A DNA stretch of 64,000 nucleotides from Octopus vulgaris (Eukaryota). Positions 52,590 through 64,000 of this stretch are shown one piece after another (the first letter of the stretch is position 1; each line of letters begins with the position of its first letter). Below the pieces are notes generated by a model. It was not told the origin of the DNA and did no database searches. It saw only the letters and a list, made by a program, of their open reading frames with translations. The translations under genes were made by a program, and so were the position numbers. The stretch covers positions 24,180,001 through 24,244,000 of the forward strand of contig OX597831.1 of NCBI GenBank assembly GCA_951406725.2, in the 5' to 3' direction.

Positions 52590-53503
52590 GTTGTTGTTGT
52601 TGTTGTCTTTCTCATTGGTTGAATTTTATGACCTTACTTTCCAAGGCTGGAATCCTTTATAAATAAACTAAATGAGATAAAATTAAATGAAATAAAATAA
52701 AACTCTTTTATTTCCTTATACCATTCTATGAACGGTGACCTTTGTATATTTACCAGTTGACAGCATAAGAATAAAGACTTGACATTTTAGTTATAAAACC
52801 TGTCTTAATCTTAGCATATAATTTCGGTGAGCGGACTGTTTGACCACAAATTATCAGACATTAGTTTGAAAGCGCATCATTTCATGGCTGCGAATTCTTC
52901 AACTTCTCAACACTATATGCATTTTAATGCTTCAATTTTATTATGCTCCTACTGTTGTTGTTGTTACTGTTCCTGTTTCATTTAATGGTTGTTGTTTTCA
53001 GTTATTCCTGTTGTTGTTATTGCAGCTTCTGCTAGGGCTGTTGCTGTTCTTAGCTATTATCGTTGTTGGGGTTTTGTAGTTGTTGCTGCTGCTTTTCCTT
53101 ATGGTTTTGTTTTATCTAAGTGTATATATTTATCTGTGTTTGGTTTTATTGTGTTCAGTGTAAAGGTTAATAGCAGATGTAGTATATAGGCATATGATTA
53201 ATATTCTTCATGGTCAACACATGGAAGTAAAACCTCTGTTTTCAACATTGATATCCTATTTATTTATTAACTGCATTGTTCACTAAATATATCTTCTCCT
53301 GTGCGGTCACTGAAAATGAAGCACGGCTTTAGGTGTCATCTATTGCAAAGGTGTGAAGAATCTAAACAGCAATTTAACAAGTAAAAAAACCCAATAAAAT
53401 AAAAACTATAAATACTGAAATCAATATGATCGACTTATGTGGTGCCCCAGCATGACCTCAATCCAGTATCTGAAACAAGTTATAGTAATAAAATAAAAAA
53501 TAA

Positions 53504-53752
53504 ATGCACCGTTTTGAAGTCTAGCCAGGTTCATGGGCACAGTTTCCTGGTTTCAATGGCATATACGTTCCCCAGCTGGACAGGACACCAGTCCATCGCA
53601 GTGTTATTCATTTTTGCCAGCTGAGTGGACTGGAGCAACGTGAAATGAAGTGTTTTGCTGAAGAACACAACGAGTCGCCCAGTCCTGGAATTGAAACCAC
53701 AATCTTATGATCATGATGCTGACACCCTAACCACTAAGCCACGCGCCTCCAC
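53504..53752 (-). mobile_element. SINE with head D and tail V
   Basis: D head joined to 'ctgcgatggactggtgtcctgtccagctggg...ctggctagacttcaaaacggtgcat'. Confidence 0.85.
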
Positions 53753-53982
53753 AAGTTAAAGTATAAATGAATTGATATATAAGATGTCAATATTATTCTG
53801 TTATCGTACTCTGCTGAGGTTTTCATCCTTTTGAGAGTCAACAAAATAAGTACCAGTTGAGTACTGGGGTTGATGTGATTCACTTAGCCTCACCTCATGA
53901 AATTGTTGGCCTTCATCATCATCCTCATCATTGTTTAATGTCCACCTTCCATGTATACCTACATGCATACTACATGTATGTA

Positions 53983-54368
53983 TGGAAGCACTCCGTCGGT
54001 TCCGATGACGAGGGTTCCGGTTGATCCAAATCAACGGAACAGCCTGCTCGTGAAATTAACGTGTAAGTGGCTGAGCACTCCACAGACACGTGTACCCTTA
54101 ACGTAGTTCTCAGGGAGATTCAGCGTGACACAGGGAGTGACAAGGCCGGCCCTTTGAAATACAGGTACAACAGAAACAGGAAGTAAGAGAGAGAGAGAGA
54201 GTTGTGGTGAAAGAGTACAGCAGGGATCACCACCATCCCCTGCCGGAGCCTTGTGGAGCTTTAGGTGTTTTCGCTCAATAAACACTCACAACGCCCGGTC
54301 TGGGAATCGAAACCGTGATCCTATGACCGCGAGTTCGCTGCCCTAACCACTGGGCCATTGCACCTCCA
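53983..54368 (-). mobile_element. SINE with head C and tail N
   Basis: Near-identical to 37394-37778. Confidence 0.9.
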
Positions 54369-55094
54369 TACAGTTCTATACATAATGTATGTATACAGTT
54401 CCATACATAAGTGCATACAAACATATGGGTAACCTCGTTACCTATTACTCTAGAGCATGCTTACAAATTCTTTGTAAATTAGTTATTTTTAAATGCTTAC
54501 CTGCTTGCTATTTGGCTTGCTTTTTCCATCTCTTTTCTTCTCTCCATTTCCCTCTCTCTTTGTATCTCACTCCTCCTGTCTCTTCATGTATATATGTGTA
54601 TATATGTGAGTGTGCATGTATGCACTTATGTGCACATGTGTGCATAGGCAAATATGCACTTGATTGTGTGAACGTGTTTACTTAATTATGAAACGGAATG
54701 ATGACTTAATTGCAGGGGGGACAGAGGACATTGTTTTGTTTAAAGAAACACTTTCACGCCCCCACATTTCTCTATTGTCGCTGAATTTGTCTCATTCAAC
54801 ATAGCTTAGTAGATTTGCTATGTTAACTTCCATGGAACCCTGCTTTTTAAAGAGCTGTTTTGCAAGGGTTCATTTTGTCGAGGACCGCTACCATTAAGCT
54901 AAAGCTTGTTTTCATTGTTACAATTTCTATGGTCTTTACAAAAATCAATGCTTTACACATAATGCCACATATCATAAACGATTAAAATACCTGAACCATT
55001 TTCCCCCCCACCTCACCTCACCTCAGTATATAATTGCTCTGCTAAATTTGGCTGTTGTAGTTGTAATCCACATGTTTTATTTGTATTCACCATC

Positions 55095-55552
<458 letters not shown>

Positions 55553-55835
55553 ACTATAGTCTGCTTTGTTGGGCTTACTTTTTTTCCATAACAATGAAAG
55601 GATGGAAGAAAGGAAAGAAAGGAAAGAAAGAAAGAAAGAAAGAGAGTGAGTAGCAGGGGAAGAAAGGAAGGAAGGCTTAAATACCTTGCTCCCAGCACAC
55701 ATGCATGCACACACACCCACACACACTGCCCCACCCCACCCCAATACACATCTACTACCACAATTACTGAATTGTTGTGTCAGTATGTGACTTACAGAAT
55801 GAAATATAAAAAAAGTAACATATATATACATATAT

Positions 55836-55881
<46 letters not shown>

Positions 55882-56065
55882 TATAAATAGATATATGTAT
55901 ATATATATATATATAAATAGATATATGTATATAAATATATATATATATATACACACACACATACATACATACATATATATATATAATATATGTATATTTT
56001 AAAAGCCCAATGTTTACTTGTTGCTGCAGTTGCTGTTGTTGTTGTTGCTGTTGTTGTTGTTGCTG

Positions 56066-56097
<32 letters not shown>

Positions 56098-56124
56098 GGT
56101 GGTGGTGGTGGTGGTGGTGGTGTT

Positions 56125-56625
56125 AATATTTGAGCTGGCAAAATCGTTTGTATGACAGACATGATGCTTAGCAATATTTCTCCCAGCACTTTTCGTCCAG
56201 AGCTCAAATTCTTCCAAACTCGACTTTACCTTCCCTTCTTTCGAGGTCAATAGAATAAAGAATCAGTCAAGTACAGGTGTGGATGCAATCAACTTTACCT
56301 ATCTCACCCAAAATTTCTGATCTTATGCCTATAATAAAAAATTTTGTTAATGTTGTTGTTGTCGTTATTAAGTCATTATTGTTATAAAGAAACGATGAAA
56401 GAATCGTTATTAAGGTGGCGAGCTGGTGGAATTGTTAGCATTCCAGACAAAATCCTTCACAACATTTCATGTGTCTTTACATTCTGAGTTCAAATTCTGC
56501 CAAGGTTTAATTTGTCTCTCATACATTTAGGGACGTAGAATAAAATACCAGTTAAACACTGGGGTCAATGTAATCGACTATACCACTCCTCAAAATTTTA
56601 GGCCTTGTGCTTATCATAGAAAATA
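56125..56625 (+). mobile_element. Two degenerate SINE B copies
   Basis: Consensus matches at 56125-56340 and 56412-56625. Confidence 0.7.
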
Positions 56626-56789
56626 TCATCATCATCATCATCCTCATCATTATTTTTTCCTTCTTCCTTCAAATTTTCTTCCATTTTTTGCTGGGTGTTT
56701 TCCTTACACCTAGGGCAGAGAAGCTCATTGTATGCATCCCCAGATTACACATGCAAATTCACAGGTAAAATATGTATTTAAAAAAATTA

Positions 56790-56934
56790 ATAAATAAATG
56801 AATTCATGAATGGACTCAAGTTAGAGAAGGGGTGCGTATTATACACAAGGTTTAGGATTTTCAGATGTATAGCCCCCTAAAAATTCCCTGCGTATTATAC
56901 TCAAGGGCGGACTACACTCGAGGATTTTATGGTA
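56790..56934. mobile_element. One end of a pogo/Tigger-like MITE
   Basis: Repeated 'tgcgtattatac' subterminal motif and end 'gaggattttatgg-ta'. Confidence 0.45.
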
Positions 56935-57394
56935 CATCACTTCAGCAGTATACTATTGCCTGACCTTCTTGCCTTATTCCAAGAAATATCTGACCAGGCC
57001 ATGTTTGCATCAATTCCTTTAATACTGCATGGGAAGAAAGGTGACCATTAAGAAGGAGCTGCTTCTGTCTGGTTAAGTTTATGATCGTTAGGCAGAAGTA
57101 TAGAATTGTTATGGCTAAATGAGCTTGTTTTAAAAATGCAGATGTAGGTTTATAGTAAGAACCTCTCCCCATCCCAGATCATCATCAACATTTAGCATCC
57201 GCCTTCCATGCTAGCATGGGTGGGACCTCACAACAGCACACCCACTTCACCCTACACTATTCCTATTTTTGCCCCCTTTTTTTTTTGTATTTACTTATCT
57301 TTGCTCATATAATTTTCTTGATAACCAAGAATGAATTAACAAAAATAGGTACAATTAGTATGTATTAGTAGTAGCATTGGTGTGGTGGAGGGAC

Positions 57395-57483
57395 GGTGGT
57401 GGTGATAGTTGTGATGGTGGTGGTGGTGGTGGTGGGGCTGGTGCATTAGTAGTAGTATTTATGTTGATAGTGGAGATAGAATA

Positions 57484-57519
<36 letters not shown>

Positions 57520-57985
57520 GGTGGTGGTGGTATTTGTAATAGTAGTAGCAGCAACAGTAGTAATAGTAGTAGCAGTGGTGGTGGTGGTGGTGGTGGTTGT
57601 AGTTGCAGTAGTGGTGGTATTTGTAATTGAAGTAGCAGCAACAGTAGTAATAGTAGTAGCAGTAGTGGTGGTGGTGGTGGTGGTCGTCGTCGTCGTAGTA
57701 GTAGTAGTATAGAAACAGCACCAATGCTGGTTAATGACAGTATCTGATATGGTAGTCGTTGTGGTGCAGATTTATAGACGTTACAAACGTTTATTTTTAT
57801 GACACAAACTTCAATAGACTGTTTAATAGAAATGGCTTTTGGTGAATCCAAAAGTTAATATCATCATCATCATCCTCAAAATCGTCAGCAGCAGCAGCAG
57901 CAGCAGCAGCGGCAGTGACAGCAGCAGCAGCGGTAGTGGCAGTGGCAGCAGCAGCAGTGGTAGTGGCAGTGGCAGCAGAGAGCAA
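57395..57985. repeat. Compound (GGT)/(AGT)/(GCA) trinucleotide region with internal ~80-bp duplication
   Basis: 'ggtggtatttgtaat...agtagcagcaacagtagtaatagtagtagcagt' occurs twice. Confidence 0.9.
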
Positions 57986-58090
57986 CAATTCACCTGAAAT
58001 CAATGTGGTCCTATAGTCAGTAGTTTACCCTAGTCAGCAGTGTAATTGCAATCCTTACATGGTGTCTGTACTTAGATTATGAACAACATA

Positions 58091-58265
58091 GGGGTAGGAG
58101 TGGCTGTGTGGTAAGTAGCTTGCTAACCAACCACATGGTTCCGGGTTCAGTCCCACTGCATGGCACCTTGGGCAAGTGTCTTCTACTATAGCCTTGGGCC
58201 GACCAAAGCCTTGTGAGTGGATTTAGTAGACAGAAACTGAAAGAAGCCCATCGTGTATATATAGA

Positions 58266-58321
<56 letters not shown>

Positions 58322-58567
58322 TGTATGTGTGTGTGCATATGTATATGTTTGTGTGTCTGTGTTTGTGTCCCCCACCCAACATCACTTGACAACTAATGCT
58401 GCTGTGTTTACGTCCCCGTCACTTAGCGGTTCGGCAAGAGTGAGTGATAGAATAAGTAATAGGCTTACAAAGAATAAGCCCTGCAGTCGATTTGCTCAAC
58501 TAACGGTTGTGCCCCAGCATGGCCACAGTCAAATGACTGAAATGAATAAATGTAAAAGTAAAAGTAA

Positions 58568-58570
<3 letters not shown>
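58091..58570 (+). mobile_element. SINE family A, full length
   Basis: Consensus match. Confidence 0.9.
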
Positions 58571-58626
<56 letters not shown>

Positions 58627-59202
58627 ATATATTGATAGAAGATACTTGTATATAGTTGTGTGTGTAATGTATGCATATAAGTGTGAATGTATCTTATATA
58701 TATATAACATTAGCATTGCAATCACTGTTTAACAGACTTGCCACATCAATTGGTACAGAAAATTTTATGTGGTTGGCATGAAAGTGATACACTTTGATAT
58801 ACAGTTCTGTCACGGACTATCAATGCACAGGTGTGGACAGGTAAGTTTATAAGCAGGTGTGTTGTGATGTATATATTTGTAAATATATATATGTGTGTGT
58901 GTAAATATATATATTTATATATATATATATATATATGTGAATATACATGTGAATGTATGGCTCTATCATACACACCCACAGACACTCTCATACACACTCA
59001 TATATATATATATATATTGTATCATGGATGAGTTATTTTGCCAATAAAATACAAAATAAAACACACACAAATACACAAACACATGTATATATACACACGC
59101 AATATATACACTCGTATGCTAAATTTATAAATGAACAGGCAATAACTATTAACTTACATTCTCAAAATATATACACTGAGATGGTGTATGTATTTTATAT
59201 AC

Positions 59203-59290
<88 letters not shown>

Positions 59291-59948
59291 GTATATGTAT
59301 ATATATATATGTGTATGTATGAATGTATGTATATATGTGTGTGAATGTATATAACTACATATGTATATATTCACACACATACACACATGCATGAACACAC
59401 ACAAACACACTTATTCACACAGGTTTGTGTAGTCTCCACATAACACTCTTTTACTGTCAGTGACAGCAAAGTGATACATACACAATGAGTGAACCATTAA
59501 TGAAGTAGGTAGTTTTTATAGATCTTTTCACACATTTCTCTGTTGTCAATCAAGAAAGTCTTTTATTTCACTTTTTCCAACTCTACCATTCACTGAGCTG
59601 GCACAAAACTGTACAACACCCTACTGAATAACAGAATTTGTTACAAGGAGCGAAAGGGGAATCTCCCCCTGGGGTCAGTGGATTAGTCTCAAGCAGTGGT
59701 CAACTGAAATGCCGGAAATAGCAGCCAAATCTCCTTCAAATTGCACACTGCTGTTTTAAAACAGAAAGGACACATCTGACATCCTCGTCTTTTCTTTTAC
59801 ATGCACTTAACTACACAGTACACCACCACCACAGCCACCACCACCACCACCACAGCCACCACCACCACCACAGCCACCACCACCACCACCATCACCATCA
59901 CCACCGCTGCTGCCACTACCACCACCACCACCATTACTACTACTACTT

Positions 59949-60128
59949 CATATGCTGTTTGACAATCTGGTTGTCCAGATGTTTTAGACTTCGTACCCAG
60001 GTATATTGATCATCTTTTGGAACAACAGATCTAAAAAGGAAATACACCGATTGACCATCTGGTTATGCAACAGATGTAAACTTGATACAGATGACAGACC
60101 AACTGAGCATCTGTCTAAACAGCAGATG
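59949..60128. promoter_or_regulatory. Homotypic CAGATG/CATCTG E-box cluster, candidate enhancer
   Basis: Sites at 59976, 60056, 60071, 60088, 60108, 60123, plus CATATG 59949, CAACTG 60100, TGACAG 60092; not a tandem repeat. Confidence 0.5.
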
Positions 60129-60986
60129 TATACTTGTTACTAACAGAAACTTCAAACCAAAGATGAGATAATTAGCTCATTTTATCAATGCTGTCTCATC
60201 ACAGGAGTTTTGTTTCATCTCTGGATATTATTGATATTGTCTCCTCCTCCTCCTCCTCCTCATCATCATCATCCTCTTCCTTTCCCTTTTTCTCTTTCAT
60301 TTTCTTCAGATTCCTTGTTCGATTCCTCCGCTTCTTCTTTCATTTCTTCATGCTTCATCTTCCCTGCCACCCCTCCAATATTATCTCACCATGAGTTGCC
60401 AGTGATAATTACCTAATTAAGAATATTTGTCAATGCTAGCAGGAAACCAAATCTTACATTTTGATTTGAAAAATATGTCGTTGTCTTCTATATTTAAACT
60501 GTCTCTGAACATAATCTCGAAGATTCTGCAGTCAGTGAAATCAACAGTAAACGACTGAGTAAATCATATCAGTGACGATACCATCAACCTGTTTATGGGT
60601 CAACAGTTTGACACTAATTCTGGTATGGTTGTTTATCTTAAGGTCATCTTTAATCAAGCAGATCTATGATCAAAAGCATTCCAGTAGTAAATATTTATCT
60701 TTATTTTTTTTCTAGTACAACCTGGTACACAGTCCAATATATCATTCTTTTCCAAGATTGTAAGGTGTGATTTGAGGCATGTATGCTGCTATTTCTTGAA
60801 GTTTGTGTTACTATATTGTGTTGCTATATTGCTTGTGTACTGGTTAGGGTGTTGCCCTCACGATTGCTAGATTGTGATTTCAGTTCCCAGACCAGGCAGC
60901 ATGTTGTGTTCTTGAGCAAAACACTTCATTTCATGTTGCTCTATGTGTGGGAGAGTGGTAGAATTGTTGGCATACTAGCAGAGATG

Positions 60987-61176
60987 CTTCTTCTTCTTCT
61001 TCTTCTTCTTCTTCTTCTTCTTCTTCTTCTTCTTCTTCTTCTTCTTCTTCTTCTTCTTCTTCTTCTTCTTCTTCTTCTTCTTCTTCTTCAGCTTCTTCAG
61101 CTTCTTCTTACCCCCTTCTCCTGCCTCCTTCTCTCCAGCAGAAAGCAATGTCAAAATCCTTCCTTCCCCATCTTGT

Positions 61177-61220
<44 letters not shown>
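60987..61220. repeat. (CTT)n and (CT)n tracts
   Basis: Direct reading. Confidence 0.95.
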
Positions 61221-61221
<1 letters not shown>

Positions 61222-61656
61222 GTTGTCAGGATAATCCCGCAGATATAAACGGAAGAGATAATATAATATTACTGTCTCAGTGGACAACTCTGTTGACAAG
61301 AAGAATCAAAGCAGATTTCATTGTCAGTATTAGCAAATTGAGCCGATCTTCCAGATTGTTCTACTGAGCTTGTTTATACTTTCATTAGAAGCATTTATAT
61401 TTCCTTAAATGATTTGTTTACCATCGTAATAGCAATAATATATTATCGGTACAATGCAATTTGGTGCTGAGTTCAATAAGTAGCTATTTCGCTTCCATAC
61501 TTTTTGGTACAAAATAACCCAATTTTCACAGATCATGCGAAATTATACTTGCCGTACCATCTATTATTTCTGCTTTGTTTATTCAGCTATCTCTTGGATC
61601 GCACTGTTCGCTTTTGTCACTGCAGGCAATCATTCATACATATATAAATATATACA

Positions 61657-61730
<74 letters not shown>

Positions 61731-61835
61731 TATATGTATGTGTGTATGTATATATATATATATATATTATTCACACATTTATAGTCACACACACACACAC
61801 ATATATATATATATTCACACACACATATACCTATA

Positions 61836-61879
<44 letters not shown>

Positions 61880-62560
61880 CACACATATATACATGTGAGT
61901 GTGTATTCACACATGTATACACATAAACAAAAAATATATATATGTATAAGTTTAAATATGCATATGTATATACATATATACATACATACATATTTGTGTG
62001 TATTTCTATATACACTCATACATACATACACATACAAACACGTGTGGGTGTCCATATCTGTATTTGTACATGTACATGTGTGTGTGTGTGTTCATATCTG
62101 TGTGTATATGTGCATGCATGTGTGTGTGTGTATCTGTGTCTGTTGTGTACAGCGCTTCCGTGCAAAGGAATCTTGCAGTTCACCAGCCAGGCTGCCAATG
62201 TTGGAAATAAACTCTAAACAACATTATGACATAGCTGCACAAATCTTTTTTCTTTCAGCTTGCATTAATACAGGCCCTGAAGCTAGAATCAACCATATTG
62301 AGGAGAAGGGATATTAGTCTTGAGTGGTCAAATTTGGAAAGCCACAAAAATTTTACAAACACAAACGTTGATACTAGATTGCTTACTGAGTCAAGAAACG
62401 GGTAGAAGTTTGTGGCGTTAGGTTTTCTCACACTGCTATTGCCGCAAATTCTTCTCTCTCCATTGTTCAATGATGTACTTGTAGTTCATAAATTTAGAGT
62501 TTCTGCAAAAGCAGATTAAATAAAAAAAAAATAATGAAAATTCATTGTTTGACTTTAAAC

Positions 62561-63552
62561 CATTGTTTTCAACCAGGGTCAATATGATCCCTGAAGGTCT
62601 ATATAAGATTTTGTGAGGTCCACACTAGTGAAATAGTAGATTGGAAATCCAGAGTATTATTTATAAGGGCCCACGAAACAATTTGATTTTAACTGTATGT
62701 AATGCAAGAAACAACAAGGATTCTTTATCTAACACCTTATATATATTTCTTTACTACCCACAAGGGACTAAACACAGAGGGGACAAACAAGGACAGACAA
62801 AGGGATTAAGTCGATTACATCGACCCCAGTGCATAACTGGTGCTTAATTTATCGACCCCGAAAGGATGAAAGGCAAAGTCAACCTCGGTGGAATTTGAAC
62901 TCAGAACGCAACGGCAGTTCGCCCGGCGTGCTAACGTTTCTGCCAGCTCACCGCCTTTCTTTATCTAACATCTTATATAGTCCAAACTCTACAAGTGCAT
63001 GTGTGATTAACAAAGGAGGAATTTTCGAAATACTATTTAACCCTTTCGTTACTGTATTTATTTTCAGATGCTCTGTGTTTCTTTCAATTACTTTAAATAT
63101 AACAAAGAATTTAGTAAAATAACTTAGTTATCGTTCAGCTAGTTTTAGGATCATAAATTGTGACTAAGGATTGGTGGAAGATTTTAATTCAAAACTTATG
63201 AAAACAAGACATTTGTACTCAGAGCCAGAGCAGGTTTCAGCTGGGTTGGTATCGGAAGGGTTAAATTAATCATTTGTTAACCCTTTTGTTATGGTATTTA
63301 TTTTGAGATGCTCTGTGTTTCTTTCAATTGATTTTAAATATAACAAAGAATTTAGTAAAATAATTTAGTTATCACTCAGCAAGTGTTAGGAACACAGAAT
63401 TGTGACTAAGGTTTGATGGAAGATTTTAATTCGAAACTTATGAAAACTAGACTTTTGTACTACAGAGCCAGAGTCGGTTTCAGCCGGGTTGGTAACGAAA
63501 GGGTTAAATATTGAATGTCTGTGTGGGGTCCACCAGAATAAAATAGTAATTC
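62561..63552. mobile_element. hAT-like MITE containing SINE B (62745-62955, minus) and the piggyBac-like MITE dimer (63037-63507)
   Basis: Start 'cattgttttcaaccaggg'; about 23-bp TSD 'ttctttatctaaca(c/t)cttatata' around the SINE; TTAA at 63037, 63261, 63277, 63504. Confidence 0.8.
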
Positions 63553-63662
63553 AGGTGTAGGAGTGGCTATGTGTTAAGTAGCTTCCTTACGAACCACATT
63601 GTTCCGGGTTCTAGGAGAAGTCACAAATTCAACAACACTAGTGCTACAACACATTGATACTA

Positions 63663-63893
63663 AGGTGGTGAGCTGGCAGAAACGTTAGCATGCCGGGCGA
63701 AATGCTTAGCCGTATTTCGTCCGCCGTTATGTTCTGAGTTCAAATTCCGCCGAGGTCGACTTTGCCTTTCATCCTTTCGGGGTCGATAAATAAAGTACCA
63801 GTTACGCACAGGGGTCGATGTAATCGACTTAATCTCTTTGTCTGTCCTTGTTTGTCCCCTCTGTGTTTAGCCCCTTGTGGGTAGTAAAGAAAT
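63663..63893 (+). mobile_element. SINE family B
   Basis: Full consensus match. Confidence 0.88.
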
Positions 63894-64000
63894 AGATACT
63901 GTCTATTTCTGAAATTCATTCCAAAATGGCAACCTAAGGAAAAGCAGAACTTCCATCCATTCAGGAAAACTATGAATAGTTGCAAATGATGATTTCGGTC

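Noticed and set aside
57797-57993. Minus-strand acceptor followed by poly-Ala/acidic ORF
   Set aside because: Mostly (GCA)/(GAT) microsatellite; no donor or recognisable domain

Overview
This is AT-rich eukaryotic DNA, very dense in microsatellites and SINEs. The repeat families and simple-repeat load point to a coleoid cephalopod, probably Octopus (inference from repeat content). I find no supportable host protein-coding gene, tRNA, rRNA or CRISPR array. Nearly all ORFs in the track are translated microsatellites or SINE sequence, so the window looks intronic or intergenic. Retroelements present: at least five dispersed SINE-like families (labelled A-E here, plus an older family F), 3' relics of LINEs (RTE, CR1/L2-group, two R4/Dong-type) and Penelope-like terminal fragments. 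DNA elements present: MITEs (hAT-like, piggyBac-like, pogo/Tc1-like), a mariner end and a non-autonomous Helitron. Most notable: (1) three fold-back palindromes abutting (AT)n tracts, the largest with about 210-bp arms; (2) a mix-and-match SINE system of two heads and three tails; (3) a hAT MITE carrying a piggyBac-MITE dimer at the same TTAA in two loci, with an empty copy also in the window; (4) a 58-bp minisatellite with a hairpin in every unit; (5) six CAGATG E-boxes in 153 bp of unique DNA, a candidate enhancer. Family labels are my own. Coordinates were read by eye and may be off by a few bases.
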